Shown here: positions 12,301 through 25,620 of the stretch, in pieces
How the letters are laid out: each line of letters opens with the position of its first letter
Position numbering within the stretch: position 1 is the first letter of the stretch
From: Auanema rhodensis
Taxonomy: Eukaryota; Animalia; Nematoda
Assembly (NCBI GenBank): GCA_964057225.1
Contig: OZ059894.1
Location: forward strand, 20,026,001 to 20,090,000
Direction of reading: 5' to 3'
Length of the DNA: 64,000 nucleotides
Made by a program: the position numbers and the translations under genes
The notes under the pieces: model-generated
The model's input: the letters and a program-made list of their open reading frames with translations, nothing else
Database searches by the model: none
What the model was told of the DNA's origin: nothing

Positions 12301-14040
12301 ATTCCTTTTTTCAAGGCAAAGACGATGGACAATGTTATTCAACGAAAAAATTAATTCTTCAGGGTGAAAATCGAGGATATAAGTGTGAACTTATATCAGT
12401 TGATATCTCGGTGCATTTTTAAGCTAGCCCAAATCTGATAACACAGATCGACGCAGCTTAAAAATCCGCATCGAATGCATTATACTACATTGAGAAACGT
12501 TTAATACAAAAATTAGTTATGATCGTTTGAAAAATGATGCATTAGTGTATGTTGAGTTTCCATGTACACTCAACATTGCTTCCAAAAACATTTTGACAAA
12601 AATTTTTTCGAAAAATTTCAGAATAATTTAGCAAAAAGTAGATGTTTTTAGATTCCTTTTTTCAAGGCAAAGACGATGGACAATGTTATTCAACGAAAAA
12701 ATTAATTCTTCAGGGTGAAAATCGAGGATATAAGTGTGAACTTATATTAGTTGATATCTCGGTGCATTTTTAAGCTAGCGCAAATCTGATAACACAGATC
12801 GACGCAGCTTAAAAATCCGCATCGAATGCACTATACTACATTGAGAAACGCTCAATACAAAAATTAGTTATGATCGTTTGAAAAATGATGCATTAGTGTA
12901 TGTTGAGTTTCCATGTACACTCAACATTGCTTCCAAAAACATTTTGACAAAAATTTTTTCGAAAAATTTCAGAATAATTTAGCAAAAAGTAGATGTTTTT
13001 AGATTCCTTTTTTCAAGGCAAAGACGATGGACAATGGTATTCAACGAAAAAATTAATTCTTCAGGGTGAAAATCGAGGATATAAGTGTGAACTTATATCA
13101 GTTGATATCTCGGTGCATTTTTAAGCTAGCGCAAATCTGATAACACAGATCGACGCAGCTTAAAAATCCGCATCGAATGCATTATACTACATTGAGAAAC
13201 GCTTAATACAAAAATTAGTTATGATCGTTTGAAAAATGATGCATTAGTGTATGTTGAGTTTCCATGTACACTCAACATTGCTTCCAAAAACATTTTGACA
13301 AAAATTTTTTCGAAACATTTCAGAATAATTTAGCAAAAAGTAGATGTTTTTAGATTCCTTTTTTTAAGACAAAGACGATGGACAATGTTATTCAACGATA
13401 AAATCAATTCTTCAGGGTGAAAATCGAGGATATAAGTGTGAACTTGTATCAGTTGATATCTCGGTGCATTTTTAAGCTAGCGCAAATCTGATAACACAGA
13501 TCGACGCAGCTTAAAAATCCGCATCGAATGCACTATACTACATTGAGAAACGCTCAATACAAAAATTAGTTATGATCGTTTGAAAAATGATGCATTAGTG
13601 TATGTTGAGTTTCCATGTACACTCAACATTGCTTCCAAAAACATTTTGACAAAAATTTTTTCGAAAAATTTCAGAATAATTTAGCAAAAAGTAGATGTTT
13701 TTAGATTCCTTTTTTCAAGGCAAAGACGATGGACAATGTTATTCAACGAAAAAATTAATTCTTCAGGGTGAAAATCGAGGATATAAGTGTGAACTTATAT
13801 CAGTTGATATCTCGGTGCATTTTTAAGCTAGCGCAAATCTGATAACACAGATCGACGCAGCTTAAAAATCCGCATCGAATGCACTATACTACATTGAGAA
13901 ACGCTTAATACAAAAATTAGTTATGATCGTTTGAAAAATGATGCATTAGTGTATGTTGAGTTTCCATGTACACTCAACATTGCTTCCAAAAACATTTTGA
14001 CAAAAATTTTTTCGAAAAATTTCAGAATAATTTAGCAAAA

Positions 14041-14391
14041 AGTAGATGTTTTTAGATTCCTTTTTTCAAGGCAAAGACGATGGACAATGTTATTCAACGA
14101 AAAAATTAATTCTTCAGGGTGAAAATCGAGGATATAAGTGTGAACTTATATCAGTTGATATCTCGGTGCATTTTTAAGCTAGCGCAAATCTGATAACACA
14201 GATCGACGCAGCTTAAAAATCCGCATCGAATGCACTATACTACATTGAGAAACGCTTAATACAAAAATTAGTTATGATCGTTTGAAAAATGATGCATTAG
14301 TGTATGTTGAGTTTCCATGTACACTCAACATTGCTTCCAAAAACATTTTGACAAAAATTTTTTCGAAAAATTTCAGAATAATTTAGCAAAA
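14041..14391. repeat. Representative near-consensus 351-bp monomer
   Basis: Matches the majority allele at the sites I tracked except A336G. Consensus has 110/351 G+C and 12 CpG. Confidence 0.95.
14163..14229. other. Long imperfect hairpin (pos 123-189) with perfect 11-bp core ATTTTTAAGCT/AGCTTAAAAAT
   Basis: Pairings: 130-140 with 170-180; GCG 142-144 with CGC 167-169; ATCTG 148-152 with CAGAT 159-163; TCGGTGC 123-129 with GCATCGA 183-189 (one G.T). Confidence 0.85.
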
Positions 14392-17300
14392 AGTAGATGT
14401 TTTTAGATTCCTTTTTTCAAGGCAAAGACGATGGACAATGTTATTCAACGAAAAAATTAATTCTTCAGGGTGAAAATCGAGGATATAAGTGTGAACTTAT
14501 ATCAGTTGATATCTCGGTGCATTTTTAAGCTAGCGCAAATCTGATAACACAGATCGACGCAGCTTAAAAATCCGCATCGAATGCACTATACTACATTGAG
14601 AAACGCTTAATACAAAAATTAGTTATGATCGTTTGAAAAATGATGCATTAGTGTATGTTGAGTTTCCATGTACACTCAACATTGCTTCCAAAAACATTTT
14701 GACAAAAATTTTTTCGAAAAATTTCAGAATAATTTAGCAAAAAGTAGATGTTTTTAGATTCCTTTTTTCAAGACAAAGACGATGGACAATGTTATTCAAC
14801 GATAAAATCAATTCTTCAGGGTGAAAATCGAGGATATAAGTGTGAACTTATATCAGTTGATATCTCGGTGCATTTTTAAGCTAGCGCAAATCTGATAACA
14901 CAGATCGACGCAGCTTAAAAATCCGCATCGAATGCACTATACTACATTGAGAAACGCTCAATACAAAAATTAGTTATGATCGTTTGAAAAATGATGCATT
15001 AGTGTATGTTGAGTTTCCATGTACACTCAACATTGCTTCCAAAAACATTTTGACAAAAATTTTTTCAAAAAATTTCAAAATAAATTAGCAAAAAGTAGAT
15101 GTTTTTAGATTCCTTTTTTCAAGGCAAAGACGATGGACAATGTTATACAACGAAAAAATTAATTCTTCAGGGTGAAAATCGAGGATATAAGTGTGAACTT
15201 ATATCAGTTGATATCTCGGTGCATTTTCAAGCTAGCGCAAATCTGATAACACAGATCGACGCAGCTTAAAAATCCGCATCGAATGCACTATACTACATTG
15301 AGAAACGCTTAATACAAAAATTAGTTATGATCGTTTGAAAAATGATGCATTAGTGTATGTTGAGTTTCCATGTACACTCAACATTGCTTCCAAAAACATT
15401 TTGACAAAAATTTTTTCGAAAAATTTCAGAATAAATTAGCAAAAAGTAGATGTTTTTAGATTCCTTTTTTCAAGGCAAAGACGATGGCCAATGTTATTCA
15501 ACGAAAAAATTAATTCTTCAGGGTGAAAATCGAGGATATAAGTGTGAACTTATATCAGTTGATATCTCGGTGCATTTTTAAGCTAGCGCAAATCTGATAA
15601 CACAGATCGACGCAGCTTAAAAATCCGCATCGAATGCATTATACTACATTGAGAAACGCTTAATACAAAAATTAGTTATGATCGTTTGAAAAATGATGCA
15701 TTAGTGTATGTTGAGTTTCCATGTACACTCAACATTGCTTCCAAAAACATTTTGACAAAAATTTTTTCGAAAAATTTCAGAATAATTTAGCAAAAAGTAG
15801 ATGTTTTTAGATTCCTTTTTTCAAGACAAAGACGATGGACAATGTTATTCAACGATAAAATCAATTCTTCAGGGTGAAAATCGAGGATATAAGTGTGAAC
15901 TTATATCAGTTGATATCTCGGTGTATTTTTAAGCTAGCGCAAATCTGATAACACAGATCGACGCAGCTTAAAAATCCGCATCGAATGCACTATACTACAT
16001 TGAGAAACGCTCAATACAAAAATTAGTTATGATCGTTTGAAAAATGATGCATTAGTGTATGTTGAGTTTCCATGTACACTCAACATTGCTTCCAAAAACA
16101 TTTTGACAAAAATTTTTTCAAAAAATTTCAAAATAAATTAGCAAAAAGTAGATGTTTTTAGATTCCTTTTTTCAAGGCAAAGACGATGGACAATATTATT
16201 CAACGAAAAAATTAATTCTTCAGGGTGAAAATCGAGGATATAAGTGTGAACTTATATCAGTTGATATCTCGGTGCATTTTTAAGCTAGCGCAAATCTGAT
16301 AACACAGATCGACGCAGCTTAAAAATCCGCATCGAATGCACTATACTACATTGAGAAACGCTCAATACAAAAATTAGTTATGATCGTTTGAAAAATGATG
16401 CATTAGTGTATGTTGAGTTTCCATGTACACTCAACATTGCTTCCAAAAACATTTTGACAAAAATTTTTTCGAAAAATTTCAGAATAATTTAGCAAAAAGT
16501 AGATGTTTTTAGATTCCTTTTTTCAAGACAAAGACGATGGACAATGTTATTCAACGATAAAATCAATTCTTCAGGGTGAAAATCGAGGATATAAGTGTGA
16601 ACTTATATCAGTTGATATCTCGGTGTATTTTTAAGCTAGCGCAAATCTGATAACACAGATCGACGCAGCTTAAAAATCCGCATCGAATGCACTATACTAC
16701 ATTAAGAAACGCTCAATACAAAAATTAGTTATGATCGTTTGAAAAATGATGCATTAGTGTATGTTGAGTTTCCATGTACACTCAACATTGCTTCCAAAAA
16801 CATTTTGACAAAAATTTTTTCAAAAAATTTCAAAATAAATTAGCAAAAAGTAGATGTTTTTAGATTCCTTTTTTCAAGGCAAAGACGATGGACAATGTTA
16901 TTCAACGAAAAAATTAATTCTTCAGGGTGAAAATCGAGGATATAAGTGTGAACTTATATCAGTTGATATCTCGGTGCATTTTTAAGCTAGCGCAAATCTG
17001 ATAACACAGATCGACGCAGCTTAAAAATCCGCATCGAATGCACTATACTACATTGAGAAACGCTTAATACAAAAGTTAGTTATGATCGTTTGAAAAATGA
17101 TGCATTAGTGTATGTTGAGTTTCCATGTACACTCAACATTGCTTCCAAAAACATTTTGACAAAAATTTTTTCGAAAAATTTCAAAATAATTTAGCAAAAA
17201 GTAGATGTTTTTAGATTTCTTTTTTCAAGGCAAAGACGATGGACAATGTTATTCAACGATAAAATTAATTCTTCAGGGTGAAAATCGAGGATATAAGTGT

Positions 17301-20300
17301 GAACTTATATCAGTTGATATCTCGGTGCATTTTTAAGCTAGCGCAAATCTGATAACACAGATCGACGCAGCTTAAAAATCCGCATCGAATGCACTATACT
17401 ACATTGAGAAACGCTCAATACAAAAATTAGTTATGATCGTTTGAAAAATGATGCATTAGTGTATGTTGAGTTTCCATGTACACTCAACATTGCTTCCAAA
17501 AACATTTTGACAAAAATTTTTTCGAAAAATTTCAAAATAAATTAGCAAAAAGTAGATGTTTTTAGATTCCTTTTTTCAAGGCAAAGACGATGGACAATGT
17601 TATTCAACGAAAAAATTAATTCTTCAGGGTGAAAATCGAGGATATAAGTGTGAACTTATATCAGTTGATATCTCGGTGCATTTTTAAGCTAGCGCAAATC
17701 TGATAACACAGATCGACGCAGCTTAAAAATCCGCATCGAATGCAGTATACTACATTGAGAAACGCTTAATACAAAAATTAGTTATGATCGTTTGAAAAAT
17801 GATGCATTAGTGTATGTTGAGTTTCCATGTACACTCAACATTGCTTCCAAAAACATTTTGACAAAAATTTTTTCGAAAAATTTCAGAATAATTTAGCAAA
17901 AAGTAGATGTTTTTAGATTCCTTTTTTCAAGGCAAAGACGATGGACAATGTTATTCAACGAAAAAATTAATTCTTCAGGGTGAAAATCGAGGATATAAGT
18001 GTGAACTTATATCAGTTGATATCTCGGTGCATTTTTAAGCTAGCGCAAATCTGATAACACAGATCGACGCAGCTTAAAAATCCGCATCGAATGCACTATA
18101 CTACATTGAGAAACGCTTAATACAAAAATTAGTTATGATCGTTTGAAAAATGATGCATTAGTGTATGTTGAGTTTCCATGTACACTCAACATTGCTTCCA
18201 AAAACATTTTGACAAAATTTTTTTCGAAAAATTTCAGAATAATTTAGCAAAAAGTAGATGTTTTTAGATTCCTTTTTTCAAGGCAAAGACGATGGACAAT
18301 GTTATTCAACGAAAAAATTAATTCTTCAGGGTGAAAATCGAGGATATAAGTGTGAACTTATATCAGTTGATATCTCGGTGCATTTTTAAGCTAGCGCAAA
18401 TCTGATAACACAGATCGACGCAGCTTAAAAATCCGCATCGAATGCACTATACTACATTGAGAAACGCTTAATACAAAAATTAGTTATGATCGTTTGAAAA
18501 ATGATGCATTAGTGTATGTTGAGTTTCCATGTACACTCAACATTGCTTCCAAAAACATTTTGACAAAAATTTTTTCGAAAAATTTCAGAATAATTTAGCA
18601 AAAAGTAGATGTTTTTAGATTCCTTTTTTCAAGACAAAGACGATGGACAATGTTATTCAACGATAAAATCAATTCTTCAGGGTGAAAATCGAGGATATAA
18701 GTGTGAACTTATATCAGTTGATATCTCGGTGCATTTTTAAGCTAGCGCAAATCTGATAACACAGATCGACGCAGCTTAAAAATCCGCATCGAATGCACTA
18801 TACTACATTGAGAAACGCTCAATACAAAAATTAGTTATGATCGTTTGAAAAATGATGCATTAGTGTATGTTGAGTTTCCATGTACACTCAACATTGCTTC
18901 CAAAAACATTTTGACAAAAATTTTTTCGAAAAATTTCAAAATAATTTAGCAAAAAGTAGATGTTTTTAGATTTCTTTTTTCAAGGCAAAGACGATGGACA
19001 ATGTTATTCAACGATAAAATTAATTCTTCAGGGTGAAAATCGAGGATATAAGTGTGAACTTATATCAGTTGATATCTCGGTGCATTTTCAAGCTAGCGCA
19101 AATCTGATAACACAGATCGACGCAGCTTAAAAATCCGCATCGAATGCAGTATACTACATTGAAAAACGCTTAATACAAAAATTAGTTATGATCGTTTGAA
19201 AAATGATGCATTAGTGTATGTTGAGTTTCCATGTACACTCAACATTGCTTCCAAAAACATTTTGACAAAAATTTTTTCAAAAAATTTCAAAATAAATTAG
19301 CAAAAAGTAGATGTTTTTAGATTCCTTTTTTCAAGGCAAAGACGATGGACAATGTTATACAACGAAAAAATTAATTCTTCAGGGTGAAAATCGAGGATAT
19401 AAGTGTGAACTTATATCAGTTGATATCTCGGTGCATTTTCAAGCTAGCGCAAATCTGATAACACAGATCGACGCAGCTTAAAAATCCGCATCGAATGCAC
19501 TATACTACATTGAGAAACGCTTAATACAAAAATTAGTTATGATCGTTTGAAAAATGATGCATTAGTGTATGTTGAGTTTCCATGTACACTCAACATTGCT
19601 TCCAAAAACATTTTGACAAAAATTTTTTCGAAAAATTTCAGAATAAATTAGCAAAAAGTAGATGTTTTTAGATTCCTTTTTTCAAGGCAAAGACGATGGC
19701 CAATGTTATTCAACGAAAAAATTAATTCTTCAGGGTGAAAATCGAGGATATAAGTGTGAACTTATATCAGTTGATATCTCGGTGCATTTTTAAGCTAGCG
19801 CAAATCTGATAACACAGATCGACGCAGCTTAAAAATCCGCATCGAATGCATTATACTACATTGAGAAACGCTTAATACAAAAATTAGTTATGATCGTTTG
19901 AAAAATGATGCATTAGTGTATGTTGAGTTTCCATGTACACTCAACATTGCTTCCAAAAACATTTTGACAAAAATTTTTTCGAAAAATTTCAGAATAATTT
20001 AGCAAAAAGTAGATGTTTTTAGATTCCTTTTTTCAAGACAAAGACGATGGACAATGTTATTCAACGATAAAATCAATTCTTCAGGGTGAAAATCGAGGAT
20101 ATAAGTGTGAACTTATATCAGTTGATATCTCGGTGTATTTTTAAGCTAGCGCAAATCTGATAACACAGATCGACGCAGCTTAAAAATCCGCATCGAATGC
20201 ACTATACTACATTGAGAAACGCTCAATACAAAAATTAGTTATGATCGTTTGAAAAATGATGCATTAGTGTATGTTGAGTTTCCATGTACACTCAACATTG

Positions 20301-21699
20301 CTTCCAAAAACATTTTGACAAAAATTTTTTCAAAAAATTTCAAAATAAATTAGCAAAAAGTAGATGTTTTTAGATTCCTTTTTTCAAGGCAAAGACGATG
20401 GACAATGTTATTCAACGAAAAAATTAATTCTTCAGGGTGAAAATCGAGGATATAAGTGTGAACTTATATCAGTTGATATCTCGGTGCATTTTTAAGCTAG
20501 CGCAAATCTGATAACACAGATCGACGCAGCTTAAAAATCCGCATCGAATGCACTATACTACATTGAGAAACGCTCAATACAAAAATTAGTTATGATCGTT
20601 TGAAAAATGATGCATTAGTGTATGTTGAGTTTCCATGTACACTCAACATTGCTTCCAAAAACATTTTGACAAAAATTTTTTCGAAAAATTTCAGAATAAT
20701 TTAGCAAAAAGTAGATGTTTTTAGATTCCTTTTTTCAAGACAAAGACGATGGACAATGTTATTCAACGATAAAATCAATTCTTCAGGGTGAAAATCGAGG
20801 ATATAAGTGTGAACTTATATCAGTTGATATCTCGGTGTATTTTTAAGCTAGCGCAAATCTGATAACACAGATCGACGCAGCTTAAAAATCCGCATCGAAT
20901 GCACTATACTACATTAAGAAACGCTCAATACAAAAATTAGTTATGATCGTTTGAAAAATGATGCATTAGTGTATGTTGAGTTTCCATGTACACTCAACAT
21001 TGCTTCCAAAAACATTTTGACAAAAATTTTTTCAAAAAATTTCAAAATAAATTAGCAAAAAGTAGATGTTTTTAGATTCCTTTTTTCAAGGCAAAGACGA
21101 TGGACAATGTTATTCAACGAAAAAATTAATTCTTCAGGGTGAAAATCGAGGATATAAGTGTGAACTTATATCAGTTGATATCTCGGTGCATTTTTAAGCT
21201 AGCGCAAATCTGATAACACAGATCGACGCAGCTTAAAAATCCGCATCGAATGCACTATACTACATTGAGAAACGCTCAATACAAAAATTAGTTATGATCG
21301 TTTGAAAAATGATGCATTAGTGTATGTTGAGTTTCCATGTACACTCAACATTGCTTCCAAAAACATTTTGACAAAACTTTTTTCGAAAAATTTCAAAATA
21401 ATTTAGCAAAAAGTAGATGTTTTTAGATTCCTTTTTTCAAGGCAAAGACGATGGACAATGTTATTCAACGAAAAAATTAATTCTTCAGGGTGAAAATCGA
21501 GGATATAAGTGTGAACTTATATCAGTTGATATCTCGGTGAATTTTTAAGCTAGCGCAAATCTGATAACACAGATCGACGCAGCTTAAAAATCCGCATCGA
21601 ATGCAGTATACTACATTGAGAAACGCTTAAAACAAAAATTAGTTATGATCGTTTGAAAAATGATGCATTAGTGTATGTTGAGTTTCCATGTACACTCAA

Positions 21700-24600
21700 C
21701 ATTGCTTCCAAAAACATTTTGACAAAAATTTTTTCAAAAAATTTCAAAATAAATTAGCAAAAAGTAGATGTTTTTAGATTCCTTTTTTCAAGGCAAAGAC
21801 GATGGACAATGTTATACAACGAAAAAATTAATTCTTCAGGGTGAAAATCGAGGATATAAGTGTGAACTTATATCAGTTGATATCTCGGTGCATTTTCAAG
21901 CTAGCGCACATCTGATAACACAGATCGACGCAGCTTAAAAATCCGCATCGAATGCACTATACTACATTGAGAAACGCTTAATACAAAAATTAGTTATGAT
22001 CGTTTGAAAAATGATGCATTAGTGTATGTTGAGTTTCCATGTACACTCAACATTGCTTCCAAAAACATTTTGACAAAAATTTTTTCGAAAAATTTCAGAA
22101 TAATTTAGCAAAAAGTAGATGTTTTTAGATTCCTTTTTTCAAGGCAAAGACGATGGACAATGTTATTCAACGAAAAAATTAATTCTTCAGGGTGAAAATC
22201 GAGGATATAAGTGTGAACTTATATCAGTTGATATCTCGGTGCATTTTTAAGCTAGCGCAAATCTGATAACACAGATCGACGCAGCTCAAAAATCCGCATC
22301 GAATGCAGTATACTACATTGAGAAACGCTTAAAACAAAAATTAGTTATGATCGTTTGAAAAATGATGCATTAGTGTATGTTGAGTTTCCATGTACACTCA
22401 ACATTGCTTCCAAAAACATTTTGACAAAAATTTTTTCAAAAAATTTCAAAATAAATTAGCAAAAAGTAGATGTTTTTAGATTCCTTTTTTCAAGGCAAAG
22501 ACGATGGACAATGTTATACAACGAAAAAATTAATTCTTCAGGGTGAAAATCGAGGATATAAGTGTGAACTTATATCAGTTGATATCTCGGTGCATTTTCA
22601 AGCTAGCGCAAATCTGATAACACAGATCGACGCAGCTTAAAAATCCGCATCGAATGCATTATACTACATTGAGAAACGCTTAATACAAAAATTAGTTATG
22701 ATCGTTTGAAAAATGATGCATTAGTGTATGTTGAGTTTCCATGTACACTCAACATTGCTTCCAAAAACATTTTGACAAAAATTTTTTCGAAAAATTTCAG
22801 AATAATTTAGCAAAAAGTAGATGTTTTTAGATTCCTTTTTTCAAGACAAAGACGATGGACAATGTTATGCAACGATAAAATCAATTCTTCAGGGTGAAAA
22901 TCGAGGATATAAGTGTGAACTTATATCAGTTGATATCTCGGTGTATTTTTAAGCTAGCGCAAATCTGATAACACAGATCGACGCAGCTTGAAAATCCGCA
23001 TCGAATGCACTATACTACATTGAGAAACGCTCAATACAAAAATTAGTTATGATCGTTTGAAAAATGATGCATTAGTGTATGTTGAGTTTCCATGTACACT
23101 CAACATTGCTTCCAAAAACATTTTGACAAAAATTTTTTCAAAAAATTTCAAAATAAATTAGCAAAAAGTAGATGTTTTTAGATTCCTTTTTTCAAGGCAA
23201 AGACGATGGACAATGTTATACAACGAAAAAATTAATTCTTCAGGGTGAAAATCGAGGATATAAGTGTGAACTTATATCAGTTGATATCTCGGTGCATTTT
23301 CAAGCTAGCGCAAATCTGATAACACAGATCGACGCAGCTTAAAAATCCGCATCGAATGCACTATACTACATTGAGAAACGCTCAATACAAAAATTAGTTA
23401 TGATCGTTTGAAAAATGATGCATTAGTGTATGTTGAGTTTCCATGTACACTCAACATTGCTTCCAAAAACATTTTGACAAAAATTTTTCGAAAAATTTCA
23501 AAATAAATTAGCAAAAAGTAGATGTTTTTAGATTCCTTTTTTCAAGGCAAAGACGATGGACAATGTTATTCAACGAAAAAATTAATTCTTCAGGGTGAAA
23601 ATCGAGGATATAAGTGTGAACTTATATCAGTTGATATCTCGGTGCATTTTTAAGCTAGCGCAAATCTGATAACACAGATCGACGCAGCTCAAAAATCCGC
23701 ATCGAATGCAGTATACTACATTGAGAAACGCTTAAAACAAAAATTAGTTATGATCGTTTGAAAAATGATGCATTAGTGTATGTTGAGTTTCCATGTACAC
23801 TCAACATTGCTTCCAAAAACATTTTGACAAAAATTTTTTCAAAAAATTTCAAAATAAATTAGCAAAAAGTAGATGTTTTTAGATTCCTTTTTTCAAGGCA
23901 AAGACGATGGACAATGTTATACAACGAAAAAATTAATTCTTCAGGGTGAAAATCGAGGATATAAGTGTGAACTTATATCAGTTGATATCTCGGTGCATTT
24001 TCAAGCTAGCGCAAATCTGATAACACAGATCGACGCAGCTTAAAAATCCGCATCGAATGCATTATACTACATTGAGAAACGCTTAATACAAAAATTAGTT
24101 ATGATCGTTTGAAAAATGATGCATTAGTGTATGTTGAGTTTCCATGTACACTCAACATTGCTTCCAAAAACATTTTGACAAAAATTTTTTCGAAAAATTT
24201 CAAAATAAATTAGCAAAAAGTAGATGTTTTTAGATTCCTTTTTTTAAGGCAAAGACGATGGACAATGTTATTCAACGATAAAATCAATTCTTCAGGGTGA
24301 AAATCGAGGATATAAGTGTGAACTTATATCAGTTGATATCTCGGTGTATTTTTAAGCTAGCGCAAATCTGATAACACAGATCGACGCAGCTTGAAAATCC
24401 GCATCGAATGCACTATACTACATTGAGAAACGCTCAATACAAAAATTAGTTATGATCGTTTGAAAAATGATGCATTAGTGTATGTTGAGTTTCCATGTAC
24501 ACTCAACATTGCTTCCAAAAACATTTTGACAAAAATTTTTTCAAAAAATTTCAAAATAAATTAGCAAAAAGTAGATGTTTTTAGATTCCTTTTTTCAAGG

Positions 24601-25620
24601 CAAAGACGATGGACAATGTTATACAACGAAAAAATTAATTCTTCAGGGTGAAAATCGAGGATATAAGTGTGAACTTATATCAGTTGATATCTCGGTGCAT
24701 TTTCAAGCTAGCGCAAATCTGATAACACAGATCGACGCAGCTTAAAAATCCGCATCGAATGCATTATACTACATTGAGAAACGCTTAATACAAAAATTAG
24801 TTATGATCGTTTGAAAAATGATGCATTAGTGTATGTTGAGTTTCCATGTACACTCAACATTGCTTCCAAAAACATTTTGACAAAAATTTTTTCGAAAAAT
24901 TTCAAAATAAATTAGCAAAAAGTAGATGTTTTTAGATTCCTTTTTTTAAGGCAAAGACGATGGACAATGTTATTCAACGATAAAATCAATTCTTCAGGGT
25001 GAAAATCGAGGATATAAGTGTGAACTTATATCAGTTGATATCTCGGTGTATTTTTAAGCTAGCGCAAATCTGATAACACAGATCGACGCAGCTTGAAAAT
25101 CCGCATCGAATGCACTATACTACATTGAGAAACGCTCAATACAAAAATTAGTTATGATCGTTTGAAAAATGATGCATTAGTGTATGTTGAGTTTCCATGT
25201 ACACTCAACATTGCTTCCAAAAACATTTTGACAAAAATTTTTTCAAAAAATTTCAAAATAAATTAGCAAAAAGTAGATGTTTTTAGATTCCTTTTTTCAA
25301 GGCAAAGACGATGGACAATGTTATACAACGAAAAAATTAATTCTTCAGGGTGAAAATCGAGGATATAAGTGTGAACTTATATCAGTTGATATCTCGGTGC
25401 ATTTTCAAGCTAGCGCAAATCTGATAACACAGATCGACGCAGCTTAAAAATCCGCATCGAATGCACTATACTACATTGAGAAACGCTTAATACAAAAATT
25501 AGTTATGATCGTTTGAAAAATGATGCATTAGTGTATGTTGAGTTTCCATGTACACTCAACATTGCTTCCAAAAACATTTTGACAAAAATTTTTTCGAAAA
25601 ATTTCAGAATAAATTAGCAA
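21700..25620. repeat. Dimeric (702-bp) higher-order repeat domain
   Basis: Variant GTTATACAAC at 21816, 22518, 23220, 23921, 24623 and 25325 (every second monomer), linked to T135C and a preceding G325A. Confidence 0.85.
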
